Below, one piece after another: positions 1 to 13,300 of a stretch of DNA of 64,000 bases. The notes under the pieces are model-generated. The model worked only from the letters and a program-made list of their open reading frames with translations. It was not told where the DNA came from and did not search any database. The translations under genes were made by a program, and so were the position numbers. Every line of letters begins with the position of its first letter. Position 1 is the stretch's first letter. The stretch spans positions 23,498,001 through 23,562,000 of the forward strand of contig CM126223.1 of assembly GCA_052327205.1 (NCBI GenBank), given 5' to 3'. This stretch comes from Somniosus microcephalus (taxonomy: Eukaryota).

Positions 1-3000
1 GGGCAGAGTTCCATACTAACCAGCAACTCCTGTTGCAAAGTGTGTATCTGTGGATGGTGAGTGAGAAGATCCAGCTCGGCTGTGATAAGCTCACAGTCAA
101 GTCCTATCAACACTTGAGGCATGACCATTCAGGTAGGGCTACTGGCAACGACAGAATGAAAACGCCAATACAAACTTAAGAGGCGAGGAAAGCTTGCCCA
201 AAACAGGCATAGCAAAAAAATGGCTACCATCCACATACAGGAACAGGTGATGGTGGCAAAGTTTGAGTGCGAATGGTGTTAGAATGCAGTGCTCGAGAAA
301 AACAAAAAGCAGTCGGTCTGTTATAATCACAGCTTTTTATTTAAAACCATTTCCATTTAATGACATAAGCAAAAATCAGATCTCTGCACATTCGCAGCCA
401 GCTCTACCTCTGCACATTCACTCACTAGTTCCATCAAGCTAGGTAGCAATGATAGAAGTCTACAACTTTAAAAAAAAAAGCAGACTAACAAATCTCCACA
501 TCCACCCGTTCTACGACTTACTCATCAGCACTCGTCACTCAGACATGTTTGTTACCATTCAGTCACTGGGGACCATACATGGCGTCGGGATCAATGGAAT
601 TTCTTGCTACATATATTCAGTAGAGGTACATAGGTATATACTCTGTAAATGCCTCTTCTGGGTCAAAATGGTATGTTTAAGCACGAGACATTACCTGTAT
701 CTAGAAACAAACCTCACAGGTTACTAAGATTGAGAGAATTGATGGAACAAAGGCATTTAGTGAAATACTCAAAAGTTCTAGTGTCACAATTTAGGCATAA
801 ATGGATCTTTGGAATAGGTAGTTACAAAATAATGTAAACCTCAGCTCTACCACCACCACCACCCCCACGTACTACAAAGAGTTCAGATGGAAATGTGGTA
901 TGCAAGTGCAAGTTATACATGTCCATGTTTCATGGTTGGGTATTCAGTGCTGTAAATCTAAGAGCATACGTGGTATAAAACAGCAAAACGCTCCAATTAA
1001 ACTAACTTGCTTGTTCTTTGGCCTTTGTCCATCCAAATCTAAATTTATCTCTGCACTCCTGCCACATTTCTTTGGCCAGCCAGGATGGTTTAGGATGCAG
1101 GTGATCGATCATCTGACATGCAGAGGTGCAGATTTCCTTCCTCACTAAAAAGCAGCACATTTCTGCCACCAAAGTGCTCCATCCAGTGGCCTGGCAGAGG
1201 GCTAACACCGAGACAGAGATCACAATTGAATGACAGGTGAAACTGGGATTCAGACTCGGGACTTCAGAGTTTAGTAGCGTACTGATGGAGGTACTGAAAC
1301 TTCCCCCACAGGATTTGCACACGGCAACAAATCATTCACAATCCTAACAGCTGCCTGCTTTTCTTTTATGAGGAGATGTGCTGTGAAGAAAAGGGCAGCA
1401 TCAGTCATTTAAAACAAAATAACTGGATAAAGCGGGTCACTAAAAAAAATCTTCATGGAACCACTGCAAGTCCGGTTTGGGAACTATCTCGCACCAAGAT
1501 GATTATTCTAATTCCTGCAACAAGTAAATAGCGCTGCTGATTTTAAGTCATTTGGTGATGATGCAAAAACACTGGGCTCACCACTGGGAAAACACAGTTC
1601 AAATTGCTAGCTTGACCCTGTATTGCACGCGAGGATCTCCTAGAGATGGAATTGACCAGTTACAACATGAGTCACCCAAAAAAGGACACTGATGCTGTCC
1701 TTTTTTTGGATACACCAGTCGGAATCATCCCAGGGAGCTTTTTAAAAAAAAAACATAGGGAGGAAAGATCAGAATATTACAAAAATAAAGATGAGAATTA
1801 CTACAGCCATTGTGGTCTTGTAACTCTGCAGGTGGGGCAGTCAGTTTTCCCCCCACCCCCGAATTGAACACAATGCTGCCCAATGGCCCTATCCAAAATT
1901 AACACTTGCACTTTCATGCATCAGACAGTCCTGAGACTCAAGCCTGTGATCAGCAACGTGAGGGGTCTCACCAATGCAAGAAATGAACATTATGTAAAAA
2001 TAACCATCACAAAACTGATTGCAGGGAGGCAAAAATCAAATACTAAAACCCACTGTTTGTAATTCAGTCTGCCTCCTCATACTCCTCCCACCAGCCAAGA
2101 GAGCAGGCGAGACCCCTTGGGTCTTTGTCAATGGCACTCTTCAACTAGGAAAAGGGATGCGTGGCAGAGTGTGTGCCTTGGGTCAATTCAGCCTCAAATT
2201 CTCCTTGCTGTTGGAGAACGTGAAAAGCCTTCACTCCCCATTAGTGCAGCCAAGACTGTACAGGAGAAGTCCCTGGGCAGGAGCCACCAACTTATAACAT
2301 GGCACAATGCACTGGTGCAGCAACATGTAATATTTTTCAAAAATTCCTTTACATAGGCTTAGGACAATATTACAAACAAAGACCCAGTCTTGGCTGTAAA
2401 CCTGTGTTGGGGGGGGGGGGGGGAAAGGGGAGATGTACTATTACCAGCTGTATAAAAGCCTACTCACATCCAGAAAGGCAGTAAGTGCTCGCAGTTTTTG
2501 ATTGTAGTCTTGGTCTTTATTGCAAATACAAATTCTAATCTCCGTACTATAAATCACCCCTTTTGTCAGTCCTGAATTATGCTAAACTACAAAATGCAGT
2601 GTGTCCAAGTCCGATCAGTGAGATGGGTATGTGGCTTTTAATATTTGTTTGATTTTGCCTCCCTACAGTTTATTTTCACATAATGTTCATTTCGTGCATT
2701 TGTGAGACCACTCACATTGCTGATCACAGCAAATCATGCTACAGTTTCACAGGGCCATCTATCAAGTGGCAACTCAGTCCAGTGCCCATCTCCATGTGCA
2801 AGCTTTGACAGCGAGTTAACTGGCTATTCAACGGTGTATGGCACCACAGCTGAAACCAATCTTCTTCACACCAGACATCCACACACACACAATCTTTATA
2901 GGAGTGGGGATAGTGAGCAGAAACAAAGGATCCGAGCTGCTTTCCCCCACCCCCTCAATCCAGTGTTAATGACGTCAATGGTGGGGCCACTATTGTTGCC

Positions 3001-3297
3001 ACATCCGAGATCCACTTACTCAACACAGATTGGGAATCAAAGCTGGGACATTCTGGTGAGTATAGCTTAACAAGAGAGCACAATTCAGTGATCATTTATT
3101 TGAGCAATTCTCCTAAGTGATCTTTCCATACTTTGAAGTGACAAAATATCAAATGTTAGATTGTTTCAAAGCCATTTTAATCCAGGCCAACACAACAGTT
3201 TGAAAACTCAGAACATTGCAGCTGAGCAGCTGTTGAAGAAAGTGCCACTGTAACAAATCTAATAAACAAGCTCTCGGAGCAGAAATTCAAAGCAAGT

Positions 3298-3606
3298 TCT
3301 CTGGAGAGTCTAGAACTAGGGGGCATGGTCTCAGGATAAGGGGTTGGCCATTTAGGGCGGCAATGAGAAATTTCTTCACTCAGAGGGTTGTGAATCTTTG
3401 GAATTCTCTATCCCAGTAGGCTGTAGATGCTCAGTCGATGTGTATATTTCAAGGCTGCGATAGATAGATTTATGGACTCAAGGGATATGGGTATTGGGCG
3501 GGGGAGCGGAGTGGAGGTCAAATATCTGCCATTATCTTACTGAATGGTGGAGCAGGCTTGAGGGGCCGTATGGCCGACTCCTGCTCCTAATATTTATGTT
3601 CTTATG
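3298..3606 (+). mobile_element. CR1 LINE 3' fragment
   Basis: Matches the 3' end of the long CR1 at 34420-34735 (tctagaactaggggg...ggagcaggcttgaggggcc...ctcctgctccta) and ends in a ttatgttc microsatellite tail. Confidence 0.85.
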
Positions 3607-4257
3607 TGTGTGTGGAATGTCACCATGGACTAAACAGCTGGTCAGCTGCGATACTGCAGTCCTAGTTCTGGGAAAGATTGGGCATAATAACCAATCAGCT
3701 GCAGGGCTTACAAAGCAAAAGGGTTTTACACCTTCGCACGTTCTGTTGTGAGCCTCCAAACCAAGCTGAGAAATCCAGACAGGTAGAATTGCCTGATACG
3801 GAGTGTATAGTCCCTGCTGGTAGGGCTACACCCGACTTAGTCAAGTCCAGCACACTTTGGCTCCTGCCAACCCCTCATCAATCAGCTCTATTTGCACTTT
3901 AATTTCTCATTTACTGGTTTGAATTTCCTGGGCTTGGAGGTTTGGATAAGGCTGTTCTAAATGCTGTTGCCGCATTAGTGAATAAACCCTAAATGCAGAA
4001 AACCAAGATCTGTTAGTCTCAGCAACCGGACATATTAATGAGAAAATAGGTTTCAACTTGATGTGCGGCCCTCTAAGGTTCTATGGTCTGCACCTATGCT
4101 CTAGATTAATAAACATGAATTTCAGGCGATGAATATTTATGACTCAGCTGCAGTTACTGAAATGCACCGTTATAAAAGGCATATGAAATAAGCTTGTTTC
4201 AATTCACTTAAATGAGTTAAATCATTCATTTACATAGGCTAATTAATTCACTTAAAG

Positions 4258-4576
4258 CAGGGGGTGTCCAACATGGAGCTTGCTGCAACCCCTGAACCCT
4301 AGGAACACAGTCCTGGCTGCAATGGTAGTTGTCTATGGTTTTGTCCCTTTGGAATTCTGGGGCTTGGAAGTTTGGAAAGGACTGTTGCAAATTCCATTAC
4401 CTCTCTGCTGCAGAAATCCTAAATCCAGACACCAAGATCTGTTAGCATCTGCAATTTGAGAAACCTACAAATCAATGGGAACATAGATTTAAACATTCTG
4501 TGTGGCCTTCCCACCCTCCAAGGCTCCACTGCACCCACCCATGTGACCCAAGGTGACAAAATATTGAACAGCCCTG
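4258..4576. mobile_element. Degenerate hAT (Charlie-like) non-autonomous element
   Basis: Termini CAGGGGGTGTCCAA ... TTGAACAGCCCTG; 8-bp flanks ACTTAAAG / ATTTAAAT (6/8) resemble a decayed TSD. Confidence 0.5.
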
Positions 4577-7500
4577 ATTTAAATGTTCTGGATAATGTGA
4601 AGGAGGAGGAAAAGGATCAGTGCAGTGAGAGCTCATTCAATTAAGCAAACTATTCACTTATCTGATACTCACTTAAACAGACTTCAGTGTACAACATGGA
4701 GTGGTGCCTTTATCCACTTAAGCACGGTCAAACACAAATAAGAATTGAGAAAAAACAATTAAAAAAAACTTAACAGTGCACTACATTATACTGGGAAGAT
4801 AAGGAAGAGGTGAATACTTACTGTAAACAAGAGTAATGATAGTGATTGGAAAATTACAAAGGGCTAGACAAATGGCATCAGCAGTATCCCGTTAAAGCCA
4901 GCAATACAGCTCAAACATTCCTGAAATTCTTAGATATTAATATATAAAGGGGACTGGACTCGATGCTTCAATAAGGCAACAAGAAGGCAGCAGCACAAGC
5001 CCACTGCTGGGTACGAGTGCTATCAGTTGTGCGATAGTGTAGTAAATGGCTGTGGCATGACATTCCCTCTAAAGGGCAAGGAAATGGTCTGAAACACTTA
5101 GAGAACGTTCAGTGGCTCAGATTGTTTTGCTCTCCAAGATGAAGATGGATTGTGCGGACTACGCTGGTCATGCAGCAAGTTAAGAGGGGGGAGAAAAAGT
5201 GGCACAAATTAAATTTGGAAAATAATCCAGTCAGAGGTCTCCAGTTTTCTTCATTTACTGTCCCATGATCCACTTAATTCTTGGAAAATAAACCAGTTAA
5301 AACCATTGCTGCCTATAACAAAGTTGTCAGTAGTGTCTTGCACTTAATATCTATTCAGCAGCAATCAAATGTATTTACACATTTCTACTATCAAAGGTGC
5401 CTAATTTGAAAAGCACCTATATAACTGGCTTGGAGGCAGGGGGTGGAAAGCAGCAATCGTGACCGCCATTTTCTGGGATACATGAGCCCCAGAAAACAGA
5501 CATTGGTGTTTATGAACACGGAATTCACAGGACTTCATAGTTAGTGTTAAACTCAATGTGGACATTTGACTAAAGAGGCACCTGAAATCAGACTCCAGTG
5601 CACATGGCTGGCAGTACAGCAAGAAAACCAACCTCATGCTCAAGTGAAAAATTCATTTACAACTAGAAGTCAACCATTTTCTTCCTCCTCCCACCCTTCC
5701 TTTTCTGAAAGCAGTCTCTTGGTAGGGTGCAATCTCACAGGGACCAGCATCTCTCTGGTACCTTGCAACTGAGCATTCTGCAGACGCGAGTCTAGAGAGG
5801 GTCAGTAGGCTGTTCAAACGGATCACAGTTGAGCCCAATCCTGTTATGAGACACACAACGCGCAGACATTTTACCGGGAGCACTGGAAAATTATTAGGAG
5901 CAACTTGGATCACTTTACCCCCTTCCTGGGGCTTGATGATTTGCAGTGTCCACACAACTACCCCAATTTGCGATTGGCTAACACAGGAAATACCAAAGAA
6001 TGAATCGGAGACCTTCCTGCTTTTTATGGTTCAGCACCGTACCAAGCAATGCATTTATGCACAGAACAATTTAAACTAGTTCCAAGTAATAATTACCCCC
6101 AACTTCCCTCAATGCAGCTGCTAAATGCATTGCCAAATACAATCTAAACTGTACAGACGAGGAAGATCCTAGGTTCAGACACTGCTGTGCTAAGTTAATT
6201 GATCTCTAATGTGAAAGTGGAAGGGGGAAAACAATTGGCTTCAATGTAAAGTGTCTTGGGGAAAGGTTCTACTGGAGTTCTTCTCCTGTTGACAACCGAT
6301 GAACAATCACTTGGTTGGGTTGGGGGAGAATGGTTAATGAATGAGTGTAGAAATGTACTCTGTCACTAGGTAAAGTGTTTTATGGGGAGAAAAGGAGGGA
6401 AGTGGAAATCAAAGAAGCAAATTACACCTCAAATAAAGTTTCTAATGTCAAAAAATACTGCTCATCTAGAACTGAGTTTTTTTTCCTGGAGGAACAATCT
6501 CACTTTGTTCAGAATGGTTGTTAGTTTCAAACTTAATTTCAATACTCAATCATGCACTACTTAAGACGCAGTGGAAAACTCTCCACTGAATACCAATAAT
6601 CACTGACCCTGTTCATCCTGTCTAACTGAAAGAAAATAAAACACCAACTGTTAACATGGGCAGCATTGCTAGATTTTCACTTCCACCCCATACCTTTGAT
6701 AATCAATGGGTATCCCAACAACCAAAGAAAATGTCTGGGGTTTTTAAAAATACTCCCCTCCCTCCATTTCAAACGCAAGCCTCAACAGTGACCGTTTCCT
6801 GGCTATTTGACTGCAGAGAGCATCACATCCAAACGGATCCTCTGCTTACACAATATCCACACGTACAGGCACTTTCCTGTAGGCTTCACTGGATAGCAAT
6901 CAGAAACAGCAACCATGGCCAAATCTTTTCCTTGCCACAGTTTAGGGGGCTAAAGCCACATGCAGCGGACCTGTAGCCAACCCAACTGTGTTCTGCTAAC
7001 CAAGCACAGACCAGGAATTGAACCTGGGATTTTATTTCTCTACGGCTTGGTGCTAACTCAGAATGAACCGTTATCCACTGAGACATCAAAAGAAAATTTT
7101 AAAAACATGTTTAACTAAATGGCATCCAAATTTTATCCAATATTTTGGCCCAAATACAGGCATGAGTACACCAACCTATGTGCAACTGTCAGCAAGAAAA
7201 ATTACAGCATCCCAACTGATTTCTCACACACCATTAGTTCTTTTTCCAAACTTACTCACACCAACTTCATATTCCATATTTAAAAACCAATTTGTACATA
7301 CAATTGTTTACCAGAAGTATCATACTATTTAACCAGTGTAGCATTAATCTCAATGAACCAAGCTTGAAGGAACGTAGAAGGCAGTTTTTGCTTAAATATA
7401 AAAATAAAATTTAATTTTATTTTCTTAACAATTTTATCTAAATTTAGAAGTTGCCAATCACCCGCACACATTCATACTCAGACGTCACAAAATGGCAGCC

Positions 7501-8814
7501 ATTTTACTGGGGTGAGGAGGAACCGTCAATCTGTCTAGCCACTTGGACCAGCCAGAATTGTCTTAAAAATCTTCCAATGGAAATAGTATAAACATTCTCT
7601 GAAAATAATTTATGAATGGTTAGATTGTAGTGTCTTCTAACAGAGCAATGTACGCAATCAATGATTGGATGCTGTGTTGTAAAAGAGGTCATCTCAATTT
7701 TTTTTTATCTTCTGTGCACCCCCAACCCCCCACCCCCCTCCCATACTTACATTTGTCCTCTCCTCCATTAAACAGCCCTTGATTTTGTAAGTTATTTCCA
7801 CCCAAGTCGGTGTTCAGCCATGGTGATGGGAAGGTGACTCATTTCCAGATTGATTAATGGAAGATGAGGCAGCATTGCACACTGACACTTCATAGTGTGT
7901 ATGGAAAAACACTATCTCACGATGCTACCCAGCCCAAAGCCTCGCTAGTTATGGGATACTTAACCTGAGGGAACCGGAGGGTAAAACCAATTGAATATTG
8001 TTGGCAACATGAAAAATACCTTGGGTTGGGGATGTGAAGGGAGGAGTGGGAATTAGGGGGTTGGATGAGCAGTCTCCTGGGGAAATGGACAACTCAAAGG
8101 ATATTATAAAGTCCAGCTCTGTTTAGTTCAAAGCAAAATTTACAAGTGATTTCATGGACACAGAGAATTGTTGTTGCTCTATTAAAAGATATTCAGTTCA
8201 ACCGGTGTGGGATGTTGCCTCCTCTCATTCCTCTCCAAGTCCTTTCCCATTTCTGAAGCATTCCCAGCTCACATTGACATCCATCAGTTAGGAAGATGGG
8301 ACAGACGTCACTAATGGTAACCTGTACCACTGCATCAACTGACCACTAACAGATTGGTCATGCGCCCCAAGAGGCATTCCTATCTGGGCTACCAGGCATA
8401 GAGAGTAGCATCGTTTGAATGCCAGTCCATCCTGAGATTTTAACACTGGTCCACAACATAGGAGTCTAAGGGCCCCCAAAACTGGAGTTGTCAACACTAT
8501 TCTGGCTCCTGAGAAGCCCTGCTCAAGTGTATGTCACAAGATTTATTAAAAAACAGTTTGCCAAAAATATCTAAAATGAAAATAGACCAGACCTCAGCCT
8601 GGCATGAACCAGGCATTAGAAATGTGTCACAACCAGACGAAGTCTGATTTATTTTCTATTGGCGAGGTCCAACTTCAAGGCTCCACTCAAACCAGACTTT
8701 TATGGCAACAGGTGGCATGGGATTTGTATAATACGTGATCAGTGTCCCACCGGTTACAAAAAGCACTACCCAACATGACTATGCACCCAGTATGACTGCT
8801 CCTAATAAAACCTG

Positions 8815-10299
8815 CTGAGAGACTAAAGTCAAGATTTATTCAAAAAGTTTTGATGAACCACTTTAAAAAAAAAAAATCTTTTGAAAAATCAATTTGTTTT
8901 TTTAATCAAAAAAATTAAAACAGGCACATTTCCGAGCTGCACCCAAATAAGATGCAAGTACCTAGTCGCGGTTAAAATATACACGGTATATATGTATACA
9001 TGTACAATTCTCAACATTGCCAGCCAAAGTTTTGGTATAAGCTGAAGAAATTTGTATTTTTTTTAATTATAGCACCGGATTTTTAAAATCTGTTTTTGAG
9101 AGTCCTATATATTGTGTAATGGGAACCTCCTCCAAAACTAGCCATGACTGCCATTTCTCCATAGAACACTGCTTAATGTGTCACGCAGTTATAGTAGCAA
9201 AACACTATCGCATCAGATTAGCAAGAGTCAGATTCACATATATCCAATGAACCAGCCAGGTCCGGCATTACTAATATGCCGCCACACATACTGAAATTTT
9301 TCCTCCAAACTCGATTCACTGAGCAAAAAAGTGAGATATACAAGCAAACACTGATAACATTACTGTATATAAAAAAAATGGTCTGACACTTGGGAAGAGG
9401 AAAGGAAGGGGGCGGGGAGGAGATAGCATGGGAGGAAGAGCTAATTGGATTTGTTTCCCTTACCTAACTAAACAACATAGATTTTAAAAAGGAGGCTACA
9501 ACATCACTCACAGGAGGGGGAAAAAAAGGACAGAGGTAGGTAGCACAGCAAAAAGATGTTGAGAAGTGACTCAAACAGGCACAACATTTTCTTCTCCCAA
9601 AAACAAAAAAGGTGGTTTCGGCAAGGTTTAGAATTCTTGTCAGACGTAAACCGAAATGAATGGAAGTGTCCAAGGGAAAGGGGAAGGAGAACGAAGAGAA
9701 AGGAATAAAAAAGTTAACATTAGCCTCCAGTTCAGTTTTGCCTTTGGGCACAAGACACCACAGAAAGTGGTGACGTTACTGGGAATTGTGCCCTTAAGAA
9801 ATGTAACCAAAAAAAATAATTTTTTTCTCCAAGTGCAGCAATATGTACAACAGGGTCAGTCCAGAAAGGTCCGCAAATCACATTTTACAGCAACCTTTAA
9901 AATAGAACGTTTCAAGTAAAGCTATGTCTGTCGCTTACTGAGTCACCCATTACTGCTGTACCCTGAACCAAACTCAGATCACCGTTCTGCAATGGCCAGT
10001 TTTAAAGAGGGTGTACAAACTTAAGACGAGGAGGACTTCACTGCAGTCCAACGAGCTTCCCACATTGTTGCAGAGAAATATTTTTCAGCAGCCACAAGCC
10101 ATTCGTTCTGAGAGTTCAAGCCAAAAAAAAAAACTAAATTTAAACAGAATTTTTCTCAAGTATATATTCTCGGCTTTTGAGGTCAGTTGCCTGCACATCC
10201 ACGACCGGCGTTGTTTAGGGTACAAAAGTAAAAAGTGGTAATGGTTTTCAGAATAGTCAACACGTTATGTTCATTTGCACTATTCACATTTCCCAACGT
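8815..10299 (-). other. Probable POM121 3' UTR (proximal form)
   Basis: Repeat-free AU-rich sequence after the stop. AATAAA on the minus strand at 8835-8840 (also 8542-8547, 7416-7421, 336-341); Pumilio-type TGTACATA at 9842-9849. The actual 3' end is inferred. Confidence 0.5.
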
Positions 10300-10394
10300 C
10301 TATCTTTTCCGTACGTGCTGCCGTCTAGCCTGCAATCTCTGTCTGGCTCCAGTAGGTCGAGATCCAGCTCCTATAGAAAAGGTTGGTGTTGCTG
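10300..10394 (-). CDS. POM121: POM121 last coding exon: [31 protein letters not shown]
   Basis: Acceptor ttctgtttctcag, TAG at 10300-10302; matches the conserved POM121 C-terminus ([21 protein letters not shown]). Confidence 0.96.
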
Positions 10395-13300
10395 CTGAGA
10401 AACAGAATTGAAGTAGGACTGTTAGTCATTGAACACTGATGTTAATAGCATGTGGAAATTCGCTCTCCTCACTCGTGTACCTACAAAATTGACTGTTCCC
10501 ACAGTGGCGAATAATCATGAGGGAATTGATATATGTGGAGACCCAAAACATTCCCAAGTACTGCCTGGGTCACCTGGCAAGAGGGCCATGCATTTGGTTT
10601 TGTACAAGGTGATGTAACAGGATGCAATCAGACACAATGGACAAGCAAGCATGAACCGAGAGAGCACAGACAGATCTAAAAAAAAGATCAGCTAACTCAG
10701 CAAAGATTGGGCAATCCAAGTAGAGCCCCTTACCACTGTGTATGGATCGGCTGGTCACTGCTTTAACCAGCTGACCCATTGGGAGAGCCCAAATAGATGT
10801 CTGCTCTTTTACATTTGAAATTCAGTGCACAAGGGACATGGTGATGTGCGACGGTGCATGATGCACCACAATCCCTTCTTTGAAAACCAAGAACAGTCAA
10901 CCCTGGGGAGTACAAATCTTATCTAAAATGTGTTAGGAGCTTTTATATGAACACCTTCCATTATGTAATTTGTTTTTAAAATAAATCTGGCAGAAGGTTC
11001 CCTGCAGTTAGGATAGAACTGCCAGGGCAGCACCAGGTTACATTGTTTTTATACTGGAGAACTGCCAACATCTCATCTGTACTACCACTACAGATCAAGT
11101 GCAGATAAGAGTCACTGCCATGTGATTACATGCAAGGATGACCAAAGTACACAATTCGATACAACTTCATCTTTGTCCCTATAAAGGGCCCTTCTAGAAA
11201 AGTTTCTTGGATTAACCGCAACAGTCCAACAGCACCACCAGATCTCCAAATCATGTTGGTTTGCCACTTATTCACTTACAATACAACACCTTTTGCTATC
11301 TGTCTGCTGAGTATACTTCTCTTTGTTCTCAAGTCTAATCGTCAGGTGTGCTACATCTTTGGAACTTTGTCAATCAATTGGTAACGGGTAATTTTAAGGG
11401 GTGCCCGTGCTTCCTGCAGTTTCAAACTTGTTTCCTGAACACATGTCCTATGTGAACAAGGAGTCTTGCAAACAGTGTCCTCCTCATTAGATAAGACTCA
11501 ACTTTCCAAGGACTGTTCTGTTTAATCGCTTCATTGGGCTTTTTGATTGCTGCCTGAAGGGATATGGTCGTTCTGTTACTGGACTGATAATCCAGGGGCC
11601 TGGACTGATAATCCAGGGGCCTGGACTGATAATCCAGGGGCCTGGACTGATAATCCAGGGGCCTGGACTGATAATCCAGGGGCCTGGACTGATAATCCAG
11701 GGGCCTGGACTGATAATCCAGGGGCCTGGACTGATAATCCAGGGGCCTGGACTGATAATCCAGGGGCCTGGACTGATAATCCAGGGGCCTGGACTGATAA
11801 TCCAGGGGCCTGGACTGATAATCCAGGGGCCTGGACTGATAATCCAGGGGCCTGGACTGATAATCCAGGGGCCTGGACTGATAATCCAGGGGCTTGGACT
11901 GATAATCCAGGGGCTTGGACTGATAATCCAGGGGCCTGGACTAATAATCCAGGGGCTTGGACTAATAATCCAGAGAATGCAAGTTCAAATCCCAGCATGG
12001 CAGTTACATTTTTATAAAGTGACCGATTGTCATACAAGCCCAACAGGTTCACTATTGCCCTTTAGGTTAAGAAATCTGCTGTCCTTACTCGGTCTGGCCT
12101 TCACCAACATGGTTAACTTAACTACCCGCTGAAGTGGCCTAGCAAGCTGTATCAAACCATCACCACATGGACTGCAGTGGTTCAAGGGGGTGGACACCAT
12201 CTTTCTCAGGGCACCTAGAAATGGGCAATGAATGCCAGAGTCACCCACATCCCGAGAATTTAAAAAAAGTGTTTCTCATCTTCAATAGTTTGCAGAGTTC
12301 CTGGAAAAGTGTGGGCTAAAATTGGCACCCTGGATGAGTGTTTTTTCCCTTAGGTGAGCTTGGAACAAGCTTGCAGAGACATGTCTTTTTAAAGGGTCTC
12401 AGCTTCTGATTGTGCAGAGTAGGTGTCACTGGATTCACTATAGTCAATGATCACCATTGTACTGTGGTTTCTAGAGGATGATTTGCATAGGGGCCTAATG
12501 ATTCCTATAGCAATACACTGACTGGGGTATATTGATCTGGTCCCAGTGGGCCAGGCTTGTATGGGAGCACAATTCCTTGGAGGAGGATTTTTACTCCAAT
12601 TGCAAACATCATGGGTATTTATATACTAGTGGCATCCATTCTGGTCAAAAGTTTGAGTGAATTCTCAGTTATGTTTTTTGATAGCTAGATGAAGGGGTTC
12701 CTGGTCACTGCATGACCAATCCCTTAATATCTAATTGGGCTGGATACCACGGATATTCTAACAAATGATTTTATCAATAGCTTTGTCCCTAAAGCTACTC
12801 ATGTACAGGAAACTTTGTGCTATCCGGCACTGACGGGACCGAGCTGTTGCCGTTCCCTCAAAACTGCCGGACAAACCAGCGTTAATGTTGAAGCATACGG
12901 AGCTTTTCTGCTCCGTATCTGGCAACAAACACTGTTGCTTAGCAACAGCTTCTAAACAGTCGGCCGTACCTTGGAAGCGTCTGTCGCTTAGCAACAGCTT
13001 CAGAGAGACTTTGCAGAGCCTGACTGTTGAAAAAAAAGCCACAAGAAGAAAAAAAAACCTAACAAAACGGCTCCTGATTTTTGCCGGTGGCTCGAGCTTG
13101 CCGGACATTTAGCCTCCGGATAACACAAGTTTCCTGTATGTAGGAGTCATGCTCTGATATGACTGATTAAATAAAGGTAGGACTTTCTAGCTGCTTGTTA
13201 CAACAACATAGTCACATTCTGTCTGATGACTACCTCCTCTCAATAAACAACGTTACAGCTGTGTTCCACAAGTTCCTCCAGCCAACAAGCCACCCGAGGG

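Noticed and set aside
9455-9466. TAG|GTAAGG donor-like site in the 3' UTR
   Set aside because: No matching acceptor or other support, and such hexamers are common by chance
139-10241. Many 60-120-aa ORFs downstream of POM121 as a second gene
   Set aside because: No recognisable domains or consistent exon chain; lengths are as expected by chance
11547-12052. ORFs of WTDNPGA / GLSVQAP repeats; possible CRISPR array
   Set aside because: These are translations of a stop-free 21-bp minisatellite inside a SINE. There are no unique spacers and no cas genes, and the DNA is eukaryotic intron.
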